A stretch of 64,000 nucleotides of DNA from Eledone cirrhosa (taxonomy: Eukaryota): assembly GCA_964016885.1 (NCBI GenBank), contig CAXHJY010001504.1, forward strand, positions 280,052-344,051, given 5' to 3'. The translations under genes were made by a program, and so were the position numbers. The notes under the pieces were generated by a model. It did not search any database. It had not been told where the DNA came from and saw only the letters and a program-made list of their open reading frames with translations. Positions 31,673-49,962 of this stretch are shown here, piece by piece (the stretch's first letter is position 1; each line of letters opens with the position of its first letter).

Positions 31673-32210
31673 TATTTTCATATATATATCTATATATATA
31701 TTCATATTTATAAACATGTATATAAACATCGATTCATATGTACACATATATATATATGTATATGCATACATGAATCGGTGTGTATATACATCTTTATGAA
31801 TATATATATATATATATAAATATAATATAATATAAAACCATACGCATGTATACATATATAGACATACATAGTTGATATAATGTAGGTAAAAATACTTACA
31901 AGTCCACCACAACAATGACTATATACACACATACATATATATATATATATGTGTGTATATATGTGTGTATATATATATATATATATTTGTACGTGAGTTC
32001 TGTAAGCAATATTTGTGTCATACAATCAACGTAGAAGACCAGTGACACCACTAGCAACACCATCAACCAATACTACCAACAAACCAACCAGTCAGACAAA
32101 CACTTAATCAGTCAGTATGTACATAGTAGTGCAGTGATTATTCTTTACCTCTCTTTCTCTCTCCTCATCCTTCTCCTCCCCCTCTTGCTCTCCTCCTCTT
32201 GCTCTCCTCT

Positions 32211-32801
<591 letters not shown>

Positions 32802-32885
32802 ACTAATTACGATTTATAAAACAATGCTATTTACTTAACCATTTCACTCTAACTGTAAATATATATATATATATACACATATATA

Positions 32886-32925
<40 letters not shown>

Positions 32926-32971
32926 CATAGACATGTATGTACGTGCAGACACGCACTTGCGCGCACACACT

Positions 32972-33049
<78 letters not shown>

Positions 33050-33878
33050 CATATACATATACATATGTACATATATATATGCACACACATATATATACAT
33101 ATATATATATATGTATACATACAGACACAACAGCTTCCAATCTCAATTTCTCACTTAATCTTTTACCTCCTCCCACTCTCATTTTGTCTTTTACTCTCTT
33201 CCTTTCCCCTTTCCCCCCTCTCTTACTTTCCATTATACCCATCCTCACACTGCTCCCCTTCCGTTTTTTCCTACTACATCCCCTCCTCCTCCTTCTTCTT
33301 CTCTTCTACGAAAAGAATAAAATGCGTAATGCCTTGCACTTCATTGTGAATCAAACCACCACCACTACCTCTATCACCGCCTCCACCACCACCATCACCA
33401 CCACCACCACCACCACCACAGACTAACCACCATCACCACCACTAACACCATATTTCTCTCCACTTCTTCCCCTCTCTCTTTCTATTGTTCTTTCTTCCCC
33501 CCCCCCTCCCCAACACTTCCCTCATCCTGCCACTCTATTTGTCACACTTAGTCAGTCTATCTATCTCTCCCCCTCCTCCACGCTCACACTATCATACCAC
33601 ATCCCTCTCCTTCTCCCTCCCTGAATCTTTCTCACTCTCACTTTCTTTCACCATTTTACAATATCATCATTTAAACGCCATTTAAACTCTGTGTGTTTGT
33701 GTGTATATCTAAATACCTGTGTGTTTGTGTGTGTGTATGTGTACGTCTGTTTGTATATATATGTACGGATTAATTATATGATCTTATGTTCATTCGACAC
33801 TATGTCTACATGTCTACATGTCAGTATGTTTGTATGTTTGTTCAATATCTATACACTTATAAAATAATACACACTACT

Positions 33879-33964
<86 letters not shown>

Positions 33965-34036
33965 GTATATACATATATATATATTTGTGTATATACACAC
34001 ATATATATATATATATATGTTTATATATATTTTTGA

Positions 34037-34076
<40 letters not shown>

Positions 34077-34335
34077 GTATATATATATATATATTTGTGC
34101 ATATATATTTATTTGAGTATATATTTAAATATATATATATATTTGTGCATATATATATATATTCGAGTATATACATAAATATATATATATATGTATATAT
34201 ATATATATTTGTGTATATATATATATATATTTGTGTATATATATATTTGTGTATATATATATATATTTGTGTATATATATATTTGTGTATATATATATAT
34301 ATTTGTGTATATATATATATATTTGTATATATATA

Positions 34336-34394
<59 letters not shown>

Positions 34395-34467
34395 GTATAT
34401 ATATATATATATATATTTGAGTATATACATAAATATATATATATATTTGTGTATACATATATATATT

Positions 34468-34508
<41 letters not shown>

Positions 34509-34579
34509 GTCTATATATATATATATATATATGTGTGTATATATATATATATATATTTGTGTATATATATATATATATT

Positions 34580-34642
<63 letters not shown>

Positions 34643-34955
34643 GTGCATATATATATTTGTGTATACATATATATATACATCTGTGTGTGTGTGGTAAGAT
34701 TAATAAGCGAAAATTGAATAAATGTGGGTGTTATTCTCGGTGTTATTAAATAATAATATGTCCACTGTCATGGCGATTCTCAATTTCAAAAAGTAGGTTC
34801 TGCAACAGATTCTTCAGTTATACACTAAATTAGTTAAACTCTCCTCCTCCGAACCCATCTTATGTTGGAATTCCGGTTTAGTTGAATATACGAATGTCTT
34901 TAACACTTCTCGATGTCAGACCAACCCAAATCGGCTCTGGTTCCATACTCTAAAA

Positions 34956-37111
<2,156 letters not shown>

Positions 37112-37227
37112 CTCTAAAGCTACCCAGCTAGAAAGGTTGACATTTAAATTATAATCTTCCAACATGATTTTACATATGAACATCCATTAATTTTTGTTAC
37201 AAATATTGTCGTAATTATTAAATTACT

Positions 37228-37415
37228 GATAATTGTTTCTACTTTTGGCACAAGGCCAGCATTATCCTAGTGTATTACTGGTACTTTATTTTATCGACCG
37301 TGTAAGGATGAAAGGCAAAGTTAACCTCGTCGGGATTTGAACTCAGACCATAGAGGGCCGTAACTCTTTGCTATATAGCATGGCGTCCGACCCTCTACCG
37401 ATACTGCCAATCCAT
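37228..37415 (-). mobile_element. Full-length tRNA-derived SINE
   Basis: A box, B box, body and tail as in the other copies. Confidence 0.9.
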
Positions 37416-37671
37416 GATAATGCTAGTTAATCGCTCCAAATTGTTAATGAATTAATTAATTATCTAGAGTACGGTGTATATCATTATAAATATTTTAAGA
37501 TAACGCTTAATATGTAATCCAATAAATTGAAATCTTCTGATGATAGAAGGCGGTACTTTCATTTTTTTATTTTATTTTTTTTTTAATCGTTATTTCAGTT
37601 TACTGCTGAGTATTAAAGTTGATGAACTTATTTCATTTGGTATTTGATAAGGTTTGTGATTACCTATTTTG

Positions 37672-37985
37672 GGCCAATTACTTCCCTGGTTGAGGAAAGG
37701 GTAAACTATTTGTTATTCTTTTAGGCGTATTACTTCCAACGGGAAGCCAGCAGCAGGTCTTTTAGGGCGAATTACTTCCAAGAGGAGACAAGCCTACTGG
37801 GAAAGGAGTATACTATCTGTTGTATATTTTTTAAAGGCTGAATTACTTCCAATGAGAGGTTAAGCTGTTGAGGAAGTGACTATACTGTCTGCTAGTCTTT
37901 CAGCGCTAATTACTTCTAAAGGAAGGCCAGCTGCTGGTATTTTAGAGCTAATTATTACCAACGTGAGGCCAGCTTATTGGTGAAG
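37672..37985. repeat. Diverged minisatellite with an AATTACTTCC anchor
   Basis: The anchor recurs six times at spacings of roughly 42-71 bp. Confidence 0.7.
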
Positions 37986-38753
37986 GGGTATGTTACCTGA
38001 AGGTAATAATTCCTAGCAAAACGGTCATCTGTCATATGTCACCTCCTGTCACCACTTTTCCGGTGACAGGAGGTGAGATTTGGATTCAGAACGCGCAGAA
38101 CCGGAACAAACACTGTAACTCACGCATCCAGTGTGATTTTTTAAAATAATCCACACTGCCCTTCGATTCGTATATATTTATTGAACCTGAAAATAAGGAA
38201 AGTCAAAGTTCACCTCGGTGGGATTTGAACTCTGAGCGTAAAGGAGAGAAATAAATAGCAAGGCAATTAATTTGACGCTCTAACGACTCTGCCGATCTGA
38301 CACCCATTTTTTTTCCAATAATGGTTTGAAGTTAGGGACCTTTTCATTGAGAAACTGTCTAACTCTAAAGTCTGTCTTGAACCCGGAAGCTTATCAGACT
38401 GTTACTTATCCCCGTTTCCGTGGCAGTAAGCAACCGGAAGTACAGTAGCGCACCTCTCTCACTGGACAGGACGTTAGTCCTTCGCAGGGTTAAACCCGCA
38501 ATATACTTTGATGAAAATGAGTACCGGCTATTGATTAAGTTGCTAACACAGAAATAACAATGTCTAAGTGACATGGTGTTTGATCAAAGCCTTTGTCATA
38601 TCTGGTTCAGTTCTGGTTATTTAAAATATTGAAACATTGTACAATGACTTTAACGTGATTCTGCACACAAACATACACACACATACACTCATACACACAT
38701 ACACACATATACATACATACATACATACATACATACATACATACATACATACA

Positions 38754-38786
<33 letters not shown>

Positions 38787-38805
38787 GTATATATATATAT
38801 ATATA

Positions 38806-38866
38806 TAGTTCGGATCTAGCTGTCGATACTGCCGGAGCTCAGCCGCCGGGGTCCTGACTCTTTTCA
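38806..38866 (+). mobile_element. Family B element (hammerhead 3' half-like)
   Basis: AGTTCGGATCTAGCTGTCGATACTGCCGGAGCTCAGCCGCCGGGGTCCTGAC is homologous to 63941-64000 (-) and distantly to family A. Confidence 0.6.
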
Positions 38867-38884
38867 TATATATATATATATATA

Positions 38885-39183
38885 TATTGTTATACTTTGG
38901 GAGGGTCATGTTGCCAATAAGAAACACACGCACCAGAGTGTGTGACGAAAGGACTATGACTATATATATAAACAACTATCTGGTTGTGGAACCAACCAAC
39001 CAACCAGAAATTTATAAGTTTGTAGATTTGTAAATTTATAAATTTATAAATATATAATAAATTGAAGTGAAAGCAACTGGTGCGTGTGTTTCTTATTGGC
39101 AACATGACCCTCCCAAAGTATAACAATATCGGTTTCAACACACGATTTCAGATAAAGAATCTTGCTAAACAAATTCAGAAACG

Positions 39184-39187
<4 letters not shown>
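38885..39187 (+). mobile_element. Inverted-repeat element with tail in (TA)n
   Basis: Arms of about 52 bp (38885-38937 and 39077-39129), followed by a tail. Confidence 0.75.
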
Positions 39188-39223
<36 letters not shown>

Positions 39224-39478
39224 GATAAAGAATAATAAAGAATAATATAATTGTTAATAATATAATATAATATAATAGTTTCTACTTTTTGGCACAAGGC
39301 CAGCAATTATTCCAGTGTATTACTGGTACTTTATTTTATCGACCCCGTAAGGATGAAAGGCAAAGTTAACCTCGGCGATATGATATTAATATAGAAATGA
39401 CTTCTCAGGACTAGAACTGTTTCATTCGGAGGGAATCGTTAGGAAAGCCCTTGATGATTTCCTAGTCCTGTAGAAGCC

Positions 39479-39578
<100 letters not shown>

Positions 39579-39723
39579 GGTGTGGGATACTTAAAGCGTC
39601 CGTAAGCGGTAGGCTGTTTGAGCACTCGATGCTCTTACAGAGCAGAGTATGTTATCACTTAAGAAACAGAGAATCAGTGTTGCGACGTATAAATTTTATA
39701 TATATATATATATATATGTGTGA

Positions 39724-39768
<45 letters not shown>

Positions 39769-39774
<6 letters not shown>

Positions 39775-39851
39775 ATAAGAAATGGAGAATCAGTGTTGCG
39801 ACGAATAAATTTTATTCGTCGCAACACTGATTCTCCATTTCTTATGTGATA
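39769..39851. repeat. Near-perfect hairpin of about 80 bp in (TA)n, with a third diverged copy of the arm at 39654-39698
   Basis: TCACATAAGAAATGGAGAATCAGTGTTGCGACGAATAAA-T-TTTATTCGTCGCAACACTGATTCTCCATTTCTTATGTGA. Confidence 0.92.
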
Positions 39852-39852
39852 T

Positions 39853-39885
<33 letters not shown>

Positions 39886-39943
39886 TAACGAAGGAAATGT
39901 GGTAAGGAACCAGGTGGACCATAACGCATCAAAGTACTCAATA

Positions 39944-39986
<43 letters not shown>

Positions 39987-40199
39987 GTTTGTGTGTGTAT
40001 CACAGGTATATGGTGATGCACTGAGCGTGTTGAAATTTGCCATTTAGTGGGAGAAAACATGGACAAAAAAAAGTCACTAGTGTTGTAAGCGACTCTTAAT
40101 GAGAAGGGGAGATAATTAAATAGAAATTTGATATTCCTGGTTAGGTAGAAAATTATACTGATTAAATTATCATTTTAGCAAGGTGACAGTAACAGCTAT

Positions 40200-41395
40200 G
40201 TGCTGTGGTGTGATTTTGTATGACATGGTATATGGTAGTGCGGTCAGTATAGTATGGTATTGTGTGCTATGATATAGAGTTGTGTGATGTGGCATACCAT
40301 AGAGTGTCATAGTATAGTGTAGTGGTGTGACATAGTATAGTGTGGTGCGGTGTGGAATAGTGCAGTGTGATGTAGTGTGCTCTGATATGGTATTGTATAT
40401 TGTGGCATGAATGCTCTGGTGTGATGTGTTGTCTGGTGGGGTATAATGTTGTGTAGTGGGGTATAATGTTGTGTAATATGTTTTGTGAGAGTGTGGTGTT
40501 GTATAGTGCAATGTGGTGTTGTGTGGCATCGTGTTGTGAGGTGTGGTATAGTGTTGTGAGGTGTGGTATAGTGTTATGTGTGTGATGGGAAAGTATAGCT
40601 ATGCAATGTTGTACAGTGTGTTGTGGTGCTGTGTTGTGTGGTTTGGTATAGTGTTATGTGTGTGATTGGAAAGTATAGCTATGCAATGTTGTACAGTGTT
40701 GTGTGGTGTTGTGTGGTTTGGTATAGTGTTATGTGTGTGATGGGAAAGTATAGCTATGCAATGTTGTAGTGTGTTGTGGTGCTGTGTGGTGTGGTGTTGT
40801 GAGGTGTGGTATAGTGTTATGTGTGTGATGGGAAAGTATAGCTATGCAATGTTGTACAGTGTGTTGTGGTGCTGTGTGGTGTGGTGTTATTATGGTGTGG
40901 TGTGATATAGTGTGGTGTGGTGTGATGTAGTGGGCCGTGATACAGTGTGGTGTGGTGTGATGTAGTGGGTCATGATATAGTGTGGTGTAGTGTGGTGTGG
41001 TGCGGTGTGGCGAGGTGTTATGTAGTGTGGTGAGATATAGTGTGGTGTGGTCTGATGTAGTGGGTCGTGATATAGTGTGATGTGGTGTGGTGAGGTGTTA
41101 TATATTGTGGTGTGGTGTGATGTAGTGGGTCGTGATATAGTGTGGTGTGGTGAGGTGAGGTGTTATATAATGTGGTGTGGTGTAGTGTAGTTAAAATGTA
41201 GTATGATGTGATTAATACAGTGTAATGTTGTTCAGTGTAGCGTGGTACAGAATGATACAATATAGTATAGTACAGTGTGGTTTGGTATAGTCTGGTATAA
41301 TAGGGCTTCTTATAGTGAGATGTGGCCTTGTGTAGCTTGGTATACAAATGTGTAGTGTGCTGTTGTGTGATATAATAGGGTAAGGTCATGTGTGG
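40200..41395. repeat. Degenerate (GTGTG/GTATA) pentamer satellite with higher-order units of about 70-80 bp at 40555-40885
   Basis: GGTATAGTGTTATGTGTGTGATGGGAAAGTATAGCTATGCAATGTTGTA occurs four times. Confidence 0.9.
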
Positions 41396-41469
41396 AGTCT
41401 GATCAATTATAGAAGGTCCATTAATGTTACAAGTTCCTTGGCACAGTTTGAAATATATACAAACACATG

Positions 41470-41549
<80 letters not shown>

Positions 41550-42012
41550 CAAACACATGTACATATATATATAAACAAACACATGTACATATATATATAT
41601 ATGCATGTATATATGTATGCATGTATATATATATATGTATGAATGTATATATATATATATGTATGTATATATGTATATATGTATGCATGCATGTGTGTAT
41701 GTATATATATGTATATATGTATGTCTGCATGTTAGTATGTGTATATAAGTATGTATGTATGTATGTATGTATGTATGTATGTATGTATGTATGTATTTAT
41801 GTATGTATGTAAATATGTATGTATGTATGTATATATGTATGTATGTATGTATATATATAATTTATGTATGTATATATATATATATATGTATGTATGTATA
41901 TATATGTATATATATATGTATGTATATATATATGTATGTATGTATGTATATATATATATATATATATGTGTATGTATGTATATATGTATGTATGTATATA
42001 TATATATGTATG

Positions 42013-42047
<35 letters not shown>

Positions 42048-42060
42048 GTATGTATGTATG

Positions 42061-42113
<53 letters not shown>

Positions 42114-42122
42114 GTATGTATG

Positions 42123-42189
<67 letters not shown>

Positions 42190-42208
42190 GTATGCATGTA
42201 TGTATATG

Positions 42209-42244
<36 letters not shown>

Positions 42245-42427
42245 TGTATGTATGTATGTATGTATGTATGTATGTATATATATTTATATATTTGTATCTG
42301 TGTGTGGGTGTGTGTATTGACACAATAATGTGCGCATGGGTAAGATTATAAATAAGCAGGTGAGAATGTTTCAGTATATATATATGGGAATGAATAGGTT
42401 ATATATATATATGTATGTATATACATA

Positions 42428-42931
<504 letters not shown>

Positions 42932-43388
42932 TATACATATATATATACATATATAATTCAAGAAAGAAGAGTGACATGGTTTGCTATACAATAAGGGCTT
43001 TATTCACATTGCTGACAATTGTTTCTCTGAACTGGTAGGTCTAGAGATCGCTACTCGCCTGTTTTTGCGTCAATCGATCACCAATACTTTGTTATAACCA
43101 ATCTATTCATCAGAGCATGCGAGAATCAAGTGTAAACTATATAGAAATCACCGCGTACTCGCAGCATCACTATGGAAACGTCTTGTTGAGTCAAACCTAG
43201 CCAAGCCTTAGTATTATCCACTACTCGGAGTACCCGAACTGGACTACATCTAAGTGGACTACCTATAACAATAATTTGTTATCCCGTATATATATATATA
43301 TATATATATAATCCACATTTACACAATATACACTTACATATATACGCTATATATTCATATATATATATATAATATTACGTATATGTAA

Positions 43389-43422
<34 letters not shown>

Positions 43423-43816
43423 TGTTGAAGGCATGAATTGTAAATATGGTTGTGGATGCGTGTATATATATATATGTGTGAATACATACATATGTATATA
43501 TATATATATATATATACACATAATTATATATATATATACATATATATATATACACACACACATATATATGGTTGTGGATGCGTGTGTATATATATACACG
43601 CATCCACAACCATATATATGTGTGTGTGTATATATATATATGTATATATATATATAATTATGTGTATATATATATATATACATATGTATGTATTCACACA
43701 CGTACACACACATACACTTATTGAGTGAATATATATGCTTGTGTGCTTTCACTTGCATCTTCCAAGAACACACCACACCACCACAACCACCACCACCACC
43801 ACCACCACTACTACTA

Positions 43817-43884
<68 letters not shown>

Positions 43885-44096
43885 GTACTACGACTACTGT
43901 TGTTATTATTGGTGTTTACAACCATAAAAACCAACACCAACTTGTATACAAATGAACAACAAAAAGAAAATAATATATAACTACAACAACAACAACAACA
44001 CTACACATCATATACATTTTACATCTCTCTCTCTTTCTCTTTGATATTATCTCTCTCACACTCTTTCTAAGCATCTATATCCAGCCATCCATACAT

Positions 44097-44133
<37 letters not shown>

Positions 44134-44208
44134 TACATATATTTTTGTGAGTGTGTGTATAAATATATAAATTTATAAATGTTACTCACACGCATATATA
44201 TCTATATA

Positions 44209-44263
<55 letters not shown>

Positions 44264-44588
44264 GTACTTACAAATATATACCTACCTATATACATTGGAT
44301 TATATATGTGCAAATATATATAAATACATAGATAAATACATACATACACACACGCATATATATATATATATTTACATATATGCATATATATACTCATATG
44401 TGCATATCTATATATATATATGTATATATATATATCATTGTATATGTATATATATATTTAGCTATACATATACAATGATATATATATACATATATATATA
44501 TATATTTATCTATCTATGTATATATATATATACATACATATATGTATATACATATATATATATATACATACACATATATATATGTTTT

Positions 44589-44620
<32 letters not shown>

Positions 44621-44866
44621 GTTATCATTTTATATATATATATATGTATATATATGTATATGTATATTCATATATATGTTATCATTTTATATATACACAT
44701 ATATATATATGCATATATATATATATAAAATGATAACATATATATATATATGTATATATATATATAAAATGATAACATATATATATATATGTGTATATAT
44801 ATATATGTATATATATATATATGTGTGTATGAAAAAATATATATATAGATTGATAAATATATATAT

Positions 44867-44946
44867 ATGTATATATATCATTGTATATGTATAGCTAATT
44901 ATATATATACATATACAATGATATATATATATACATATATATATAG

Positions 44947-44979
<33 letters not shown>

Positions 44980-45406
44980 CGTATATATATATATTATATA
45001 TATTTATGTATATATATATATATGTATATATATATGTATATATGTATATATATGTATATGTATATATATGTATATATATATATGTATATATATGTATATA
45101 TATATATATGTATATATATGTATATATATGTGTGTATATATATGTATATATATATATATATGTATATATATATGTATATATATGTATATATATATGTATA
45201 TATATGTATATATATCTATATATTTATATATATATATGTATATATATGCTTATATTTATATATATATATGTATATATATGCATATATTTATATATATATA
45301 TGTATATATTTGTATATATATATACATATATATATGTATATATATGTATATATATGTATATATGTATATATGTATATATGTATATATATGTATATATGTA
45401 TATATG

Positions 45407-45443
<37 letters not shown>

Positions 45444-45488
45444 GTATATATATGTATGTATATATGTATATATATGTATATGTATATG

Positions 45489-45521
<33 letters not shown>

Positions 45522-45555
45522 GTATATGTATATATATATATATGTATATGTATAT

Positions 45556-45586
<31 letters not shown>

Positions 45587-45698
45587 CATATGTATATATA
45601 TATATGTATATATATGTATATATATATATGTTTATATATATATATATATATGTATATATATGTATATATATATATGTTTATATATATATATATATGTT

Positions 45699-45729
<31 letters not shown>

Positions 45730-45909
45730 GTATATATATATATATATATGTATATATATGTATATATATATATATGTATATACATATATGTGTATATATG
45801 TATATATGTATATATGTTTATATATATATGTATATATATATATATGTTTACATATATGTATATATACATGTATTTATATATATATATGTATATATATATA
45901 TGTATTTAG

Positions 45910-45971
<62 letters not shown>

Positions 45972-46082
45972 TTGTATATGTAAATATATATATGTATTTG
46001 TATATGTATATATATATATGTCTATATATGTATTTATATATATATATATATATATATTTATATGTATATATATATATGTATT

Positions 46083-46130
<48 letters not shown>

Positions 46131-46266
46131 CATATATATATACACATATATACATATATTTATATATGTATATATGTATATATATATATGTATATATATA
46201 TATATACATATATATAAACATATATTTATATATGTATATATGTATATATATATATATGTATATATG

Positions 46267-46300
<34 letters not shown>

Positions 46301-46372
46301 TATACATATATATAAACATATATTTATATATGTATATATGTATATATATATGTATTTATATATATATATATA
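44867..46372. repeat. Long compound (TA)n/(TATATG)n microsatellite; similar tracts at 21215-22060, 35925-36930, 41740-42955 and 61867-62705
   Basis: Direct reading of the sequence. Confidence 0.97.
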
Positions 46373-46482
46373 TTAGTAAAAGTGATATTCAATTTGTTGC
46401 TAATTCAACAAATATAAATGTTTATAACTGATTCAGAGCACTCGACAAGTTTTCTGGAGTATAATATTTAATGATATTTAAT

Positions 46483-46797
46483 AAATGTAAACTATATTTA
46501 CAAAAACCATATTCATTCTATTATATATATTTCAAGGGTACCAAAACTTTGGTACGCTTTCATCAGATAAAATACGAAGTGTGTTTTATTAATTTTGACA
46601 TAACCAAGAAAAGATACCTTACCGGTTCAAGTTATTCTTGGATAGTCAAGAAAAACTTGAACCGTTAAGGTATCTTTTCTTGGTTATGTCAAAATTTATA
46701 AAACACACTTCGTATTTCATCTGATGAAAGCGTACCAACGCTTTGGTACCCTTGAAACATATATAATAGAATAAATATGGTTTTATAAATATAGTTT
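46483..46797. mobile_element. Palindromic Penelope-like pLTR pair with a hammerhead in each arm
   Basis: Right arm (+): CTGATGA 46721-46727, stem II AAG.GTACCAA/TTGGTAC.CTT, GAAA 46754-46757. Left arm (-, about 46515-46574): ATTTTAT CTGATGA ... GAAA TATATA TA ATAGAAT with a 7-bp stem I. Confidence 0.85.
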
Positions 46798-46815
46798 CCA
46801 TTTCTCAAATATGTG

Positions 46816-46850
<35 letters not shown>

Positions 46851-47020
46851 GTGTATATATGTATATACATATATATGTATATATATATATCTATGTATAT
46901 ATATATATGTATATATCTATGTATATATATATGTATATATATATTTTCTATACCTTTCATTTATATATATATATGTCTATATATATATGTCTATATATAT
47001 ATGTATATATATATATATAA

Positions 47021-47116
<96 letters not shown>

Positions 47117-47809
47117 TTCGTTCACTTCATTTCTTGGGCTAAAATGAACGTGTTTTCTGTCGAAGTCTACCGCCACATACACTCACACTCTCTCCTCCAT
47201 TTCTCACACACACATGCTCACTCACTCTCATACACACTCAGACAGACACACCTTCACTGTCTCTCTTTTTGGTACACAGACACCCATTCACTCATCCTCA
47301 CATATACTCACGTACTTAACTCCCTCTCTCACTCAAACATGTTTCTCTCAGTAAATCTCTCTCTCTAAAACACACACGCACTCTCACTCACACCCTTTCA
47401 TTCTTACACTCAAATTCCCCCTCTCAATCACTCAGCACACACACACGCACTCTCTCTCTCTCTCTCTCTCTCTCTTTTTGACACACATACACACTCTCTC
47501 TCTCACACACACACACTCAACAATCATACAAACACACATTCACACATATGTTCTCTCGCATACACACACACACACTCTCTCTCTCTCTCTCTGCCTCTCC
47601 CTCTCTCTCTTTCTGTTACAGTCACTTCCCTCTCACCCACCTTCCCGACTCACTTCCTGACACTCATCCCCCCTCTTACCTCTTACTCACACTCAAACTC
47701 AATTTCACCCCTACCCACTCCACTCCACTTCCTCCTCCACTCACTCAACAACTAGCATTGCTCTCTCTCCCTCCCTCTCTCTTTCTCTCATTGAAGTTGC
47801 TTTTCTCAC

Positions 47810-47833
47810 CTGAGCGTCCGTGGTCCTGATGAT

Positions 47834-47864
<31 letters not shown>

Positions 47865-48745
47865 TAGTTATTGCTGTTGTAGTTGTTGTATCAGGCCCAG
47901 TACAGTACGGTACCGTACAGTACAAGCTCACGGTACACACACAACACACACACAACAACAACAACTGCAACAACACACAACACACACACACTCACACACA
48001 ATCAGCAGTAGTAGAAGATAGTGTGCATATGTGTTTGTGTGGATGTATGTATGTATGTATGTATGTGTGTGTGTGTGTGTGTGGTATGTAGAGGCGTGCG
48101 CGTGTGTATGCGACTCTGTGTGTATGTGAGCATGTGTGTGTATAAGGGAAACTGTGTGTGAGTGTATTAGTGTATGTGTGTGGTATATAGTGGCGCGCCT
48201 GAATGGATGCGAGACTGTGTATATATATATGTGTAAGACTGCGTGTGTGTGAGCGTGTGTTGGTGTGTATGTGTTTGTGTGTGTGTGGTATGTAGAGGCG
48301 TGCGCCTGTGTATGCGTGTCTGTGTGTATGTGAGCATGTGTGTGTATAAGGGAAACTGTGTGCGAGTGTATTAGTGTATGTGTGTGGTATATAGTGGCGC
48401 GCCTGAATGGATGCGAGACTGTGTATATATATATATATATATGTAAGACTGCGTGTGTGTGAGCGTGTGTTGGTGTGTATGTGAGCGTGTGTGTGTGTGT
48501 GTCAGCGTCGGTGTCAGCCGAGGGTTAAATACACGCCTATCTCCAGCAGTTGATCGTAACACAAGTAGCTATGAATAACAGAAGCGGTAACGGCGATACC
48601 GAGACAGCGAGAAACCACCAACGCTTTTCACAAACTCCGCCTTCTTTCAAAACAATTGTTAAAATGGTGGCTTGTCCTTGTTGTGTATAATGTACGTATG
48701 GAGGCGAAGAAGGAGGAGGGAGAATTGTATGCATTTCATTGGTCC
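47810..48745 (-). promoter_or_regulatory. Putative promoter and non-coding first exon
   Basis: Donor CTCAG|GTGAGA at 47810/47809, CpG-richer unique sequence 48500-48720, a CCAAT-like box (minus strand) near 48738-48742 and a long GA-rich tract upstream. No convincing ORF. Confidence 0.45.
48080..48485. repeat. Tandem duplication of about 205 bp
   Basis: GGTATGTAGAGGCGTGCGC...AGTGGCGCGCCTGAATGGATGCGAGACTG...GTTGGTGTGTATGTG occurs twice. Confidence 0.9.
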
Positions 48746-48924
48746 ATTCTCTCAATCTCTCAATCTCACAAACAGACAATCTCTGTCTGTCACTTTCTCT
48801 CTCTCTCTCTATATATATATTCCTCTCAATCTCTCAATCTCACAAACAGACAATCTCTGTCTGTCTCTTTCTCTCTCTCTCTCTATATATATATTCCTCT
48901 CAATCTCTCAATCTCACAAACAGA

Positions 48925-48960
<36 letters not shown>

Positions 48961-48999
48961 ATTCCTCTCAATCTCATCTCTCAAAACACACAATCTCCG

Positions 49000-49063
<64 letters not shown>

Positions 49064-49138
49064 ACATAATCTCCGTCTTTCTCTCTCTCGCTCCCTCTAT
49101 CTATCTCTCAATCTCATAAACACTCAATCTCTGTCAGT

Positions 49139-49177
<39 letters not shown>

Positions 49178-49351
49178 TTTCTCTCACAAACACTCAATTG
49201 CTCTCTCTCTCTGTCTCCATCTCACAAACACTCAATCTCTGTCTCTTTCTCAATCTCTCACTCTCTCTCTTCAATCTCTCTATCTCTCTCTTCAATCTCT
49301 CTATCTCTCTATTCAATCTCTCTCTATCTCTCTCAATCTCTCTCTCACACA

Positions 49352-49382
<31 letters not shown>

Positions 49383-49823
49383 TTTCTCTCTCTCTCAAGC
49401 TCACAAACACACAATCTCTCTTTCTCTCTCCCCCCTCTCTCTCTCACACACAATCACCCGTTCTATCTCTTTTGGTTTTGTTGTTTAATTCTTTCAATAT
49501 ACGAATGAACGAATGAGGGAATTGATGATTATGATGATAATGATAATTGTGGTGGCGGAGGTGGCGGATAGGTGAAAAGTGGAATAGAGGAACAAGAGAA
49601 TAATGGTTGGAATATAATTTAACACTATAACACTTCACTTAATTCCTCACTGTGTGTGTGAGTGTGTGTCTGTGTGTGTGTGTGCGTACTTGTGTTTGCA
49701 AGATTATTTATGTGTTGCGTGTGTATGTTGTGTATGTACGTATGTGTATATAGTTATATACTTACATACACATGTACATATATATAAGCACACACACACA
49801 CACGTACAGACACATACATGCGT

Positions 49824-49856
<33 letters not shown>

Positions 49857-49906
49857 CATACACACACACACACACACACTCACACACACACACACATATA
49901 TATATG

Positions 49907-49956
<50 letters not shown>

Positions 49957-49962
49957 GTATAT

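Noticed and set aside
34770-34825. Minus-strand CTGAAGA...GAAA motif
   Set aside because: Stem II is not adjacent to GAAA and there is no stem I.
43050-43125. Minus-strand CTGATGA with a possible stem II
   Set aside because: It is followed by GAC rather than GAAA and is too degenerate to call.
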